Assembly: GCA_964585065.1 (NCBI GenBank)
Contig: CAZPCB010000002.1
Coordinates: 68,886 to 132,885, forward strand
From: an uncultured Candidatus Saccharibacteria bacterium
GTDB taxonomy: Bacteria > Patescibacteriota > Minisyncoccia > SW-4-49-11
Length of the DNA stretch: 64,000 nt
Direction of reading: 5' to 3'
This document shows, piece by piece, positions 45,172 through 54,348 of this stretch (position 1 is its first letter; each line of letters starts with the position of its first letter). The position numbers and the translations under genes were made by a program. Under the pieces are notes generated by a model. That model did no database searches. It worked only from the letters and a program-made list of their open reading frames with translations, and was not told where the DNA came from.

Positions 45172-47001
45172 TTATGCTAGGGGAAGATTTGAGGGCGGAG
45201 AAAGTGTTGGATTAGCTTGTAATTCATTATCCAATGTATAATTGGGGTATAATTGTTCCCACAGCTCTTGGGGAGAATTATTTGGTGTTTTTAAATTCCT
45301 AAGATCAAGTAATCCAAATTGAATCATTTCTCTTGCAGTCTCAAGATTAATTCCAGATACTAATATGAGATTTTTTAGTTCAGGATATTTGAGAATTTCT
45401 TCTATTACAGCTTTCTGTTCCAAATATACCGTATCTTTGGTATCAGAAATCTGGGTATCTGTATTGTCAAAAGAAGAATTCCTGAATAATCTAGTTGAGC
45501 CGCTAAGTGCTGTTTTTATATATTCCTTGAATTTAGATGGACTTACTTGTTTCGATTGTAGAGAGCGAATACTTTCATAATATGTTTTTACACAATCTAT
45601 ATAAGTACCCCCAGATTGTTTGGTAGCCATGGCTCTCAGGTAATTAGGTTGAGGAGGGCTTTCATATCCAAATAATTCTTGAGATATTTGATCTTGATAA
45701 TACATAGCCCCACCTTCTTGGAATAATTCAGCTCTATCTCCGGCAATTTGACTGGAATGTGTATAGAGAGGTAAACCAATTTGGGCAGTATTTTCTCTTT
45801 GAAGAATATGAATTATTTCATGAGTAGCTGCCTTGGTAATTATTTTCTGAATATCCATTTCGGTAGCAGGGATTAATAATGTTTTACTTTGACTATCTAT
45901 TGCAAGAGTGTCTTTACCCGGTCTAATATAGCATCTCCATTTATTATCTGCCGGGTTTATATTTTTGGTTACTTGTTCAGCATCGGCGGGATATTCGCTT
46001 AATAGGTCATAGCTTGCGAGAATTTGGTCTAAATATTGTTTTGCCATTTCAGGAGTGATATTCTTCTCTTCTAATTTTTCTTGGTCTAGGCCTTTTTGTA
46101 AGAGGATTTGAGGCTTTTCTTGATTAATTGATTTGTTTAATTCAGCAATATGATCAGCCATTGTTAATAGATGATTATCTACTTGATTATAATTACCCGT
46201 ATCAGTATCAAGTGTACTTACTCCATATATAAATTTATCTAATTTGTATGGGGGTTTATGTGGAGTATGGGATTCTTCGCTCCGTAAAAATGTTTCTTGT
46301 TCTTTAGTTTCTGCAATGATGACATTAATTCTTTTAATTAATGCTTGTACGCGAAATATTTTAGCATGTATTAAAGCTTTACTTATATCGGTAGTGTCAG
46401 AAGCCTCTTCGGCATATAAGTCAGATCGCTTTTGTTTTAATTCTTGCCTTATTGCTTCTAACCCTTCAATTTTTGCTGTTAAGTTAGCAGGATATTGAAT
46501 ATAGGTGAGTTTTTCTGGGTTTTCAATATTCTCTATATCAAGTTCTCCCGTATCAGGATGAATATGTTGAGATAAAGTCTCTACCATAGTATCAGTATTC
46601 CAATCCGTACTCATTTTTACTAAATCTGTTATGATTTTGGGTTTTAATGTTCTCAGAATTGCAATATTTTCCCTAATATCAATGTCTCCTTCAAGGGATA
46701 CAAATTCAGGAATTTCTTTTAAAATAGCCTGACCCTCTGATGTATCAAAATACTCGGGATATAAAACTTTTTTACCAGTTGCTAACTTATAGTATTCTGC
46801 TAGTTTTTCTACAAAAGGATTCTCAAATTCTATTAAGTTCTGCTTTTCCTCCTCAGAAAGTATTTCCTTTTTTCTTTCACCAGATTCATATTGAGCTATT
46901 TCATATAATAATATTTGAGCTGAATAGGATGGACGCTCTGGATATAATTGAGGTTTATGTTCAGATTTAGGTTCAGTATTCTCAGAAGATTCTATCGACA
47001 T
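45172..47001 (-). CDS. DUF1704/MATCAP-like gluzincin metallopeptidase homolog (HExxH + QEGGA motif)
   Basis: ATHEIIHILQ (HExxH) followed about 30 aa later by AELFQEGGAMYY resembling the QEGLA motif of TIGR02421/DUF1704. Confidence 0.45.
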   Translation of the reverse strand: MSIESSENTEPKSEHKPQLYPERPSYSAQILLYEIAQYESGERKKEILSEEEKQNLIEFENPFVEKLAEYYKLATGKKVLYPEYFDTSEGQAILKEIPEFVSLEGDIDIRENIAILRTLKPKIITDLVKMSTDWNTDTMVETLSQHIHPDTGELDIENIENPEKLTYIQYPANLTAKIEGLEAIRQELKQKRSDLYAEEASDTTDISKALIHAKIFRVQALIKRINVIIAETKEQETFLRSEESHTPHKPPYKLDKFIYGVSTLDTDTGNYNQVDNHLLTMADHIAELNKSINQEKPQILLQKGLDQEKLEEKNITPEMAKQYLDQILASYDLLSEYPADAEQVTKNINPADNKWRCYIRPGKDTLAIDSQSKTLLIPATEMDIQKIITKAATHEIIHILQRENTAQIGLPLYTHSSQIAGDRAELFQEGGAMYYQDQISQELFGYESPPQPNYLRAMATKQSGGTYIDCVKTYYESIRSLQSKQVSPSKFKEYIKTALSGSTRLFRNSSFDNTDTQISDTKDTVYLEQKAVIEEILKYPELKNLILVSGINLETAREMIQFGLLDLRNLKTPNNSPQELWEQLYPNYTLDNELQANPTLSPPSNLPLA

Positions 47002-47055
47002 TTTGATATAATGACTATTTTATATTATTATATCATGGAGATATTAAATACAAAA

Positions 47056-48477
47056 TTATTTTCTAGGATCAATGATAAATCGCTTTAGAGAGTTTTCCCC
47101 AAGAATTATAGGGTATTTGAGCCCAGTACGAGTAATAATATTAGCTTTTGTTTCAAATATTTCATCACCTACTTGAATTTTAATATAAATAATAGGTCTA
47201 TAGGAATATCCATGACTACTATGAACCTTTGAAACTCCAACTATGTCAGGATGCTCTTCAATTTTTTGCCATATTTTATCTTTGGATAAAGTATTTATCT
47301 CGTCTAAAGTAAGTACAGGTTTAATATGAAATGTTTGCATATATGTTAATACATCCTTATATCCCAAGGCAATAGCTAGGCTCTCATCAATAGATGTTTT
47401 TCCCGCACCAGTATCAATTTTTGCTTGTACTTTTTGCTGCTGATCATCTTTTCCAAATAAGGTAATTTCCTCAATAAGCCCAATCACTTGTCGTCCAGTA
47501 ATTTCCTCAATTTCTTCTTCAATTTCTCCTCCGAACAAATCTTTTGCCAGTCTAATAGCTCTTTTTACTGTTTTTACTTTAAGACCTTTTACTTTTTGTA
47601 ATCTTTCTTTGAGTGGTGCGAGATTAGCAATTTGAATAGCGAGTCCTGGACGGGCATTAGCCTCTAATACTACAGGTCCTGCATCACGGTCAATGGCAAT
47701 ATCTACTCCCGTAAACCCTAATTTAGTGACATCAGCAGTACGAATCGCAATATCCAATATAGTATTCCAATACGGTATACGTATACCAGACAGACTAGTT
47801 TCTGTTCCTGGTATGGTATCGATAAATTTTTCTCGCATAATAGCATTGGTAGTAACTCCTGTTGCCATATCAATACCGATACCAATTCCGCCTAGATGAA
47901 GATTGGCTTTACCATCAGATTCCTTGGTAGGAATTCGTATCATTGCCATTACAGGAATACGATTGAATACAATCACGCGAATATCAGGAATTCCTTTATA
48001 GGCTAAGTGTTTGAATGATTTATTAATCTTAATTCTCTCCTCAAAGAAGGCCACATCGGGGCTATTGGTACGAGAATACGTACCATCAAGAATATTACTA
48101 ATATGATTATGTATCATGGTCTCACTCAGTTTTACCCCCTTGGTTTTCACCCATTGACGCTCTCCATCGCCGGTTCTTTTTTTGTCCTCTCCAAATATTA
48201 CCACAATTCCTTCCCCTCCAAATCCAGCAGTTGGTTTTAATACAAAACTTTTGGGAAGTTTATTATAATCAAAATTATTGAGTTTATCATATGATTGAAC
48301 AGTTGCTATGAGTTTTGGGGTAGGAATATTATTTTTTTGTAATTCTTTTTTGAATTTAATTTTATTATCTACTAATTTAACCCATTTGCTATAATTGTAT
48401 GGTTTAATATAAGAAAGATTGCGGGCATTCATCCCGAGTATTTTTTGACTAAATACAAATGATTCTAGCCAATTCAT
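47056..48477 (-). CDS. RimK-like ATP-grasp ligase (alpha-L-glutamate-ligase-related, GMNxRN N-terminus) fused to C-terminal retropepsin-like (RimB-type) aspartyl protease domain
   Basis: LGMNARNLSYIKPYN N-term; ATP-grasp core DIRVIVFNRIPVMAMIRIP...GKANLHLGG; C-terminal AKIDTGAGKTSID (DTGA) aspartyl protease motif. Confidence 0.6.
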   Translation of the reverse strand: MNWLESFVFSQKILGMNARNLSYIKPYNYSKWVKLVDNKIKFKKELQKNNIPTPKLIATVQSYDKLNNFDYNKLPKSFVLKPTAGFGGEGIVVIFGEDKKRTGDGERQWVKTKGVKLSETMIHNHISNILDGTYSRTNSPDVAFFEERIKINKSFKHLAYKGIPDIRVIVFNRIPVMAMIRIPTKESDGKANLHLGGIGIGIDMATGVTTNAIMREKFIDTIPGTETSLSGIRIPYWNTILDIAIRTADVTKLGFTGVDIAIDRDAGPVVLEANARPGLAIQIANLAPLKERLQKVKGLKVKTVKRAIRLAKDLFGGEIEEEIEEITGRQVIGLIEEITLFGKDDQQQKVQAKIDTGAGKTSIDESLAIALGYKDVLTYMQTFHIKPVLTLDEINTLSKDKIWQKIEEHPDIVGVSKVHSSHGYSYRPIIYIKIQVGDEIFETKANIITRTGLKYPIILGENSLKRFIIDPRK

Positions 48478-48480
48478 AGC

Positions 48481-49122
48481 CTATTGATTGCTAATAATTT
48501 TACGGAATCGGATATATTCAGAAATTCGGAGCCCCTCATAGCGTCCAAGGAATATAATTCCTGCAAATATAATCAAAATAATCCAAGGATTATAGAATAC
48601 TAAATCTCTTAAACTTGTAGTTGCTATGATAAGATTTCCAATAGCAGCAAGAATTAATGTCTCTACTGAGAGGATAACAGCAGTACGATACCCTTTTTCC
48701 ATTTGAGCATTGATGAATTTTTCTACCAAGGTGATAATAATCAAAATCTGATAAATCGAAGCCTGTACAAATACCGTGCTATCAGAGAATATTCCCCATA
48801 CTAGGCTCAAAAACATAGATAAGGCAGTAATAGAAAGTATCAAAGCCATTTTGGGTAAATACAAAATACGAATTTTGCGGAGTAAATATCTGACAATAGA
48901 AGCAATTACGAGAGATACAATAAAAATACTCACTCCATATTTGAAGCCAATTTGTGTTAAAGCAAAGGTGATAATAAGCGGTGTATAAATACCAAAAGCC
49001 TTAATCCCTACAATTTGTCGGGCTGCTACGATAAATCCTGCCATAATCGGAAACATCAAAAGAATGTCGATGGTTTCACGTGGCACACCATTATCCATAA
49101 GATATTGGAAGAAGATATCCAT
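48481..49122 (-). CDS. Seven-transmembrane protein (7TM component commonly paired with RimK-like ATP-grasp systems; no transglutaminase domain)
   Basis: Seven predicted TM helices over 213 aa; first gene of the minus-strand operon. Confidence 0.45.
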   Translation of the reverse strand: MDIFFQYLMDNGVPRETIDILLMFPIMAGFIVAARQIVGIKAFGIYTPLIITFALTQIGFKYGVSIFIVSLVIASIVRYLLRKIRILYLPKMALILSITALSMFLSLVWGIFSDSTVFVQASIYQILIIITLVEKFINAQMEKGYRTAVILSVETLILAAIGNLIIATTSLRDLVFYNPWIILIIFAGIIFLGRYEGLRISEYIRFRKIISNQ

Positions 49123-49207
49123 ACGTCAATATAACTTAACTAATTGAGATAATTGCATTACTTTGCTATAGTATAACATAAGAATACATTTTGACTAGTA
49201 GTAAATT

Positions 49208-50587
49208 ATGGACAGAACAGTATATGATAATTCCAGTTCACATAAAGGAAAATTCCAAACAAAACCAGGATTGAGAATTGAGGTGGTTGAAGAGATTTCT
49301 CGTCAAAAAAATGAACCTAATTGGATGTTGGAAAAAAGGCTCAAAGCCTTTGAATTATATCAACAAACGGAACTCCCGAATTGGGGGCCTAATTTGGAGG
49401 GATTAGATTTAGAGCAAATTATTTATTTTAGTAGACCAGATACAGAAGAGGCTAAGACTTGGGATGATGTTCCACAGGATATACGAGATACTTTTGATAA
49501 ACTTGGTATTCCAGAAGCTGAAAAACAGGCTCTAGGAGGGGTGGGAGCTCAATATGACTCAGATATGATATATCATAATCTCAAGCAAGATTTAAAGGAT
49601 AAGGGAGTTATATTCGAGAATATGGATACTGCCCTGCAAGAATATCCCGATTTGGTCAAAAAATATTTTATGACTCAATGTATTCCTATCAATGATCATA
49701 AATTTATTATGTTACATGCAGCGGTATGGAGTGGGGGGACATTTATCTATGTGCCAAAAGGGGTAAAAGTAGAATTACCTCTACAAGCTTATTTCCGTAT
49801 GAATATGGAGGCTGGAGGGCAATTTGAACATACGCTTATTATTGCGGATGAGGGCTCAGAGCTTACTTATATTGAGGGGTGTTCTGCTCCTCGATGGAAT
49901 GCGTCTGCCCTACATGCAGGGGGAGTAGAAATATTTGTACATAAAGGAGCTACGGTTAAATATATTAGTATAGAGAATTGGAGTAAAAATACCTATAATC
50001 TCAATACCAAAAGAGCTCTCGTGGATGCTCATGGTACTATTGAATGGCTTAATGGGAATATGGGAAGTGGTGTAACGATGTTATATCCTTGTAGTATCTT
50101 GAGAGGAGAATATGCTCGCTCAGATAGCCTCGGAATTGCCTTTGCAGGAGAAGGACAAGAGCAAGATACAGGCTCAAAGGTAATACATGCAGCACCTTAT
50201 ACCAAATCCACTATTAGTGCTAAAAGTATTAGTCAAGATAATGGAATTTCATCCTATCGCGGTTTGGTGAGAATTACTCCTAATGCTAGTCACAGCGAGT
50301 CTCATATTGTTTGTGATGCTCTCCTGATGAATGATGGAGCCAAATCCGATACCTATCCCGTGATGAAAATCGAAACGGCAGATGCTCAAATTGGTCATGA
50401 AGCTCGAGTTGGACGAGTAGGGGATGAAGAGATATTTTATTTGATGAGTCGAGGAATGACTGAAGCCGAGGCTCGCAAAATGATAGTCAATGGTTTTATA
50501 GAGCCAGTAGTCAAGGCGCTACCTCTAGAATATGCAATTGAGCTCAATCGCCTGATTGAACTTGAAATTATAGATTCAGCAATATAA
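49208..50587 (+). CDS. sufB: Fe-S cluster assembly protein SufB
   Basis: Conserved SufB C-terminal beta-helix region HEARVGRVGDEEIFYLMSRG, 459 aa. Confidence 0.9.
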   Translation: MDRTVYDNSSSHKGKFQTKPGLRIEVVEEISRQKNEPNWMLEKRLKAFELYQQTELPNWGPNLEGLDLEQIIYFSRPDTEEAKTWDDVPQDIRDTFDKLGIPEAEKQALGGVGAQYDSDMIYHNLKQDLKDKGVIFENMDTALQEYPDLVKKYFMTQCIPINDHKFIMLHAAVWSGGTFIYVPKGVKVELPLQAYFRMNMEAGGQFEHTLIIADEGSELTYIEGCSAPRWNASALHAGGVEIFVHKGATVKYISIENWSKNTYNLNTKRALVDAHGTIEWLNGNMGSGVTMLYPCSILRGEYARSDSLGIAFAGEGQEQDTGSKVIHAAPYTKSTISAKSISQDNGISSYRGLVRITPNASHSESHIVCDALLMNDGAKSDTYPVMKIETADAQIGHEARVGRVGDEEIFYLMSRGMTEAEARKMIVNGFIEPVVKALPLEYAIELNRLIELEIIDSAI

Positions 50588-50588
50588 T

Positions 50589-51242
50589 ATGGCAATTTTT
50601 ACTACACAGCAATCAACAGGACAATATATTGTTATTAAATCTCGTAATAATGAAGAATTGTCTCTGAGTACACTTGCCTCAGAGACTATTATTCATATTG
50701 GGGAGCAGTCTTGTCTCAATATTATAATCCCAGAGGGAGATTATAATCATAATATTCATATTATTGCGATAAAAGGGAGTCAAGTATCGATTAGAGAAAA
50801 AGAATCTTGGTCGGGTAATATAAACTGGAATATTGAGCTTATAGAGCCTTATGCTAATATAGATTATATATCACGAGTAAAAAGTAATAGAGAATCGAAT
50901 AATATTATCACTATTGCTCATCAGGCTCCCTATACCAAATCCAAAGTAGATTCCCGATATATTGTAGAGACTTCTCATCCATTAAAACAACATACTATTA
51001 TCACTATCCCTGCGACCATATCCCACTGTGAGGCTATACAATCAGCAGAGATAATACTATTAACCGAAAGACCTAAACTTGAAATTATCCCCGAACTCAG
51101 AGTCGCTACAGATAATAGTAATGCGAGTCACGGAGTATCTATACATCCAATTCAAGAGGCAGATATATTTTATTTGATGACGAGAGGTCTCACGAGAGAA
51201 CAGGCTCAAAATAGTATTATAGAGGGTTTTTTGGAGGGTTAA
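50589..51242 (+). CDS. sufD: SufD-like protein, unusually short (217 aa)
   Basis: C-terminal ASHGVSIHPIQEADIFYLMTRGLTREQA parallels SufB/SufD C-terminal motif; position after sufB. Confidence 0.55.
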   Translation: MAIFTTQQSTGQYIVIKSRNNEELSLSTLASETIIHIGEQSCLNIIIPEGDYNHNIHIIAIKGSQVSIREKESWSGNINWNIELIEPYANIDYISRVKSNRESNNIITIAHQAPYTKSKVDSRYIVETSHPLKQHTIITIPATISHCEAIQSAEIILLTERPKLEIIPELRVATDNSNASHGVSIHPIQEADIFYLMTRGLTREQAQNSIIEGFLEG

Positions 51243-51277
51243 TATATAGAAAAAAAGCCTCAATCTTAGAAGGGGGC

Positions 51278-51586
51278 TTATTGGCGAAGGCCATAATTGA
51301 GAGGTGGAAATCCTCTCTCAGAATGATTAGCCTCTACAATGTAGAGAACTGGATTTGAGCTATTTGTCTCAAGAGGCCAAAGACCAATATAGCAACTACC
51401 ATCACCTTGTATCAGGTTATCTCCAGATCGAGAAAAAGTCTGAATTGGAGATGCCAATGGATTCGCAATGATATGTAAATGAGGGGGTAGATGTTTGTTG
51501 GTGAATTGTTGTGTATATAGCTGAGCTTCTTTGAGAAGCTCTAACCATTCAGGATAAATTTTGAAATCCACATAAATGGGATTCAT
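51278..51586 (-). CDS. Hypothetical protein (102 aa) on opposite strand inside the suf cluster
   Basis: ORF fills 445-bp gap between sufD and sufS; no motif. Confidence 0.25.
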   Translation of the reverse strand: MNPIYVDFKIYPEWLELLKEAQLYTQQFTNKHLPPHLHIIANPLASPIQTFSRSGDNLIQGDGSCYIGLWPLETNSSNPVLYIVEANHSERGFPPLNYGLRQ

Positions 51587-51687
51587 TTGAATGAAGCAAC
51601 TTTGCTTGATTAAATTATCATAATAAACCCTATATTGTCAATCATATACTATACCCTTATTGAGCGATATCTTGTATACTAGAGTAT

Positions 51688-52890
51688 ATGAAGTCAATTG
51701 ACAATATTAGATTAGAGTTTGCACCATTGAATCAGGATATTATGTATCTTGATTCAGGTGCATCCGCGCTTACACCTAATGTGGTTTTGGATGCGATGAA
51801 TACGTATTACAGGGAATATCGCTCTAATATTCATAGAGGATTATATGAGTTATCACAGAGGGCAACTACAGAATATGAGGCGTCTCGCGAGACAATAGCT
51901 CAATTTATTGGGGCTAATCGACCTGAAGAAGTGATTTTTACGCGAGGCACTACAGATGGAATCAATATGCTCTCAGAATTATTGCAGGATAGATTTGAGG
52001 AGGGGCAAAATATTATTATTCCCGTGACTGAGCATCATAGTAATATGCTCCCTTGGCGAGAATTAGCTCGAAGGCAGCAATTAGAAATACGATATATTGG
52101 ACTTAAGGGAGGGATTTTAGATGAGGCAGCATTATTAGCCGCTATTGATGAGAATACCTCTGTGGTCGCAATAGGACATATATCCAATGTATTAGGGACT
52201 ATTCATAATGTGAAAAAAATCTCAGATAAAGCTCATAAAATGGGGGCTTTATGTATTGTGGATGGAGCTCAGGCTGTATCTCATATACCAATTTCTGTAT
52301 CGGAATTAGGGGTGGATGCTTATGCTTTTTCGGGACACAAATTATATGGCCCTACAGGTATAGGCGTATTGTGGGTGAATTATGAATTATTACAATCTCT
52401 CAAGCCTCGACGCATGGGGGGGGATATGGTGGATTATGTAACTTTGGAACAATTAGAATATGCTCCTATTCCTCAGAGATTTGAGGCGGGAACTCCACCG
52501 ATTGCGGAGGTAATTGGATTTGCCCGAGCCATACAATGGATTTCTGATATTGGTTGGGAGCAAGTTCAAAATCATGAGGGTAAATTAATTCAATATATGT
52601 GGCAGCAAAGTCTCTCTCGTCCATGGATACAATTATTAGGGGGAGACAAATCTATTCCTCGTATTGGATGCTTTGCTTTTACTATTGAGGGAATACATAC
52701 TCATGATATTGCTTATTTGCTCGCGAAAAAAAATATTTGTGTGAGGGCAGGACAGCATTGTGCTAGTGGTATTGCTGAAAAACTTGGTATAGCGGGTAGT
52801 ATACGAGTAACATTTGGTATATATAATACTGTAGAAGAAATTGATATCTTAATGGGTGAATTAGATACTATTTATCACAAATTTCAATAA
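51688..52890 (+). CDS. sufS: Cysteine desulfurase SufS (class V aminotransferase)
   Basis: PLP lysine region AFSGHKLYGPTGIGVLWV, RAGQHCA active-site Cys loop. Confidence 0.85.
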   Translation: MKSIDNIRLEFAPLNQDIMYLDSGASALTPNVVLDAMNTYYREYRSNIHRGLYELSQRATTEYEASRETIAQFIGANRPEEVIFTRGTTDGINMLSELLQDRFEEGQNIIIPVTEHHSNMLPWRELARRQQLEIRYIGLKGGILDEAALLAAIDENTSVVAIGHISNVLGTIHNVKKISDKAHKMGALCIVDGAQAVSHIPISVSELGVDAYAFSGHKLYGPTGIGVLWVNYELLQSLKPRRMGGDMVDYVTLEQLEYAPIPQRFEAGTPPIAEVIGFARAIQWISDIGWEQVQNHEGKLIQYMWQQSLSRPWIQLLGGDKSIPRIGCFAFTIEGIHTHDIAYLLAKKNICVRAGQHCASGIAEKLGIAGSIRVTFGIYNTVEEIDILMGELDTIYHKFQ

Positions 52891-52892
52891 TT

Positions 52893-53252
52893 ATGGATGA
52901 TATATATAGAGAATATATACTTGATTTATATCGTAACCCCCTCAATAAAGGAAAATTAAATCATTATACTCATCAAAAACAGGGTTTTAATCCTAATTGT
53001 GGGGATGATATTTGGGTATATCTGGATATTCAGGATGAAAGAGTAAAAGAGGCAAGTTTTGATGGGTCTGGCTGCGCTCTATGTATTGCAGGGGCATCTA
53101 TTATAACGGAGAAATTAAGAGGATTATCTATTACTGAAATATCTACTATTTCGGCCGAGCAATTATATCAATGGCTTGGTATTAATATGGAAAATACCCG
53201 CATAAAATGCGTGACTTTGGCTTTACGCACCGCTCAAGAGATGATAGTATAA
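52893..53252 (+). CDS. sufU: SufU/IscU-type Fe-S scaffold/sulfur acceptor (NifU N-terminal domain)
   Basis: NPNCGDD and GSGCALCIAG cysteine motifs, 119 aa. Confidence 0.75.
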   Translation: MDDIYREYILDLYRNPLNKGKLNHYTHQKQGFNPNCGDDIWVYLDIQDERVKEASFDGSGCALCIAGASIITEKLRGLSITEISTISAEQLYQWLGINMENTRIKCVTLALRTAQEMIV

Positions 53253-53287
53253 AGAATAATTAATAAGTCAATTAGGCAATATAGCTT

Positions 53288-54001
53288 ATGCTAAAATTAG
53301 AACATATAATCATCAAAAAAGATGAGAAAAGTATTATCAAGGATATATCAATTGATATAGAGGAGGGAAATATTCATTATCTCATGGGACCAAATGGAAG
53401 TGGTAAAAGTACTCTGGCTTTAGCTATTGCAGGATATCCAGAATATAATATTGAAGGAAATATATTTTTTAAAAATGAGAATATTATAGAGTTGTCGCCA
53501 GATAAAAGAGCTAAATTAGGACTATTCTTATCTATGCAATATCCTCCAGCCATAAAAGGGGTAAGTATTTTAAGCCTTATCAAAAATGCCTATCAAGCTA
53601 TCAATGGACCAGTAAATGTATTAGAATTCCGTACCCGAGTGGTTGAGGAGGTGAAGAGACTTGGGTTGGATGAATCAATTCTTTCTCGAGGAGTGAATGA
53701 AGGGTTTTCTGGTGGAGAGCGAAAACGATTAGAATTATTACAACTAATTATCTTGAAGCCCAAATTAGCAATATTAGATGAGCCAGATTCAGGGCTTGAT
53801 ATTGATGCCTTAAAATTAATGTCATCAGAGCTCAAACAGCTGAATCAAAATGGTATGACTTTTATTATTATTACTCATCAAGGACAATTAGAACTTATAC
53901 CTAATAAAGTGACAGTAATCAAAAATGGTATTGTGGTAGAAAAGGGTGATATTCAAGTTTTATCTCGGATTCAAGCACAAGGATATAATGCATATATATG
54001 A
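53288..54001 (+). CDS. sufC: Fe-S cluster assembly ATPase SufC
   Basis: Walker A LMGPNGSGKSTL, signature FSGGERKR, Walker B LAILDEPDSGLD. Confidence 0.9.
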   Translation: MLKLEHIIIKKDEKSIIKDISIDIEEGNIHYLMGPNGSGKSTLALAIAGYPEYNIEGNIFFKNENIIELSPDKRAKLGLFLSMQYPPAIKGVSILSLIKNAYQAINGPVNVLEFRTRVVEEVKRLGLDESILSRGVNEGFSGGERKRLELLQLIILKPKLAILDEPDSGLDIDALKLMSSELKQLNQNGMTFIIITHQGQLELIPNKVTVIKNGIVVEKGDIQVLSRIQAQGYNAYI

Positions 54002-54285
54002 TTACAAAAGCAGATATTATATCAGTATGTAAGACAATTCAAGATCCAGAAATTAATATAGATATTTATACTATTGGCCTAATTTATGATATTACCATTA
54101 GCGAGCAGGATGATATTATTATTTTGATGACATATACTACGCCACTTTGTCCATTTGGGGGGCGTATACAAAAAGAATTAAAAGTAGCTCTTGCTATTCT
54201 TAAACCCCATTCTATTACTATTAATGTAACTTTTACTCCTCCTTGGAAAGTAAGTGACGAATTAAGAGAGGCTCTAGGAATATAG
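53998..54285 (+). CDS. DUF59/MIP18-family Fe-S assembly protein (SufT-like)
   Basis: 95 aa, ICKTIQDPEINIDIYTIGLIYDI..., position at end of suf cluster. Confidence 0.7.
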   Translation: MITKADIISVCKTIQDPEINIDIYTIGLIYDITISEQDDIIILMTYTTPLCPFGGRIQKELKVALAILKPHSITINVTFTPPWKVSDELREALGI

Positions 54286-54348
54286 GTTTGTTTGAAAAAA
54301 ACTGTATTCAGTGTTATAATATTTTTATAATTCAAAACTAAAACCAAT

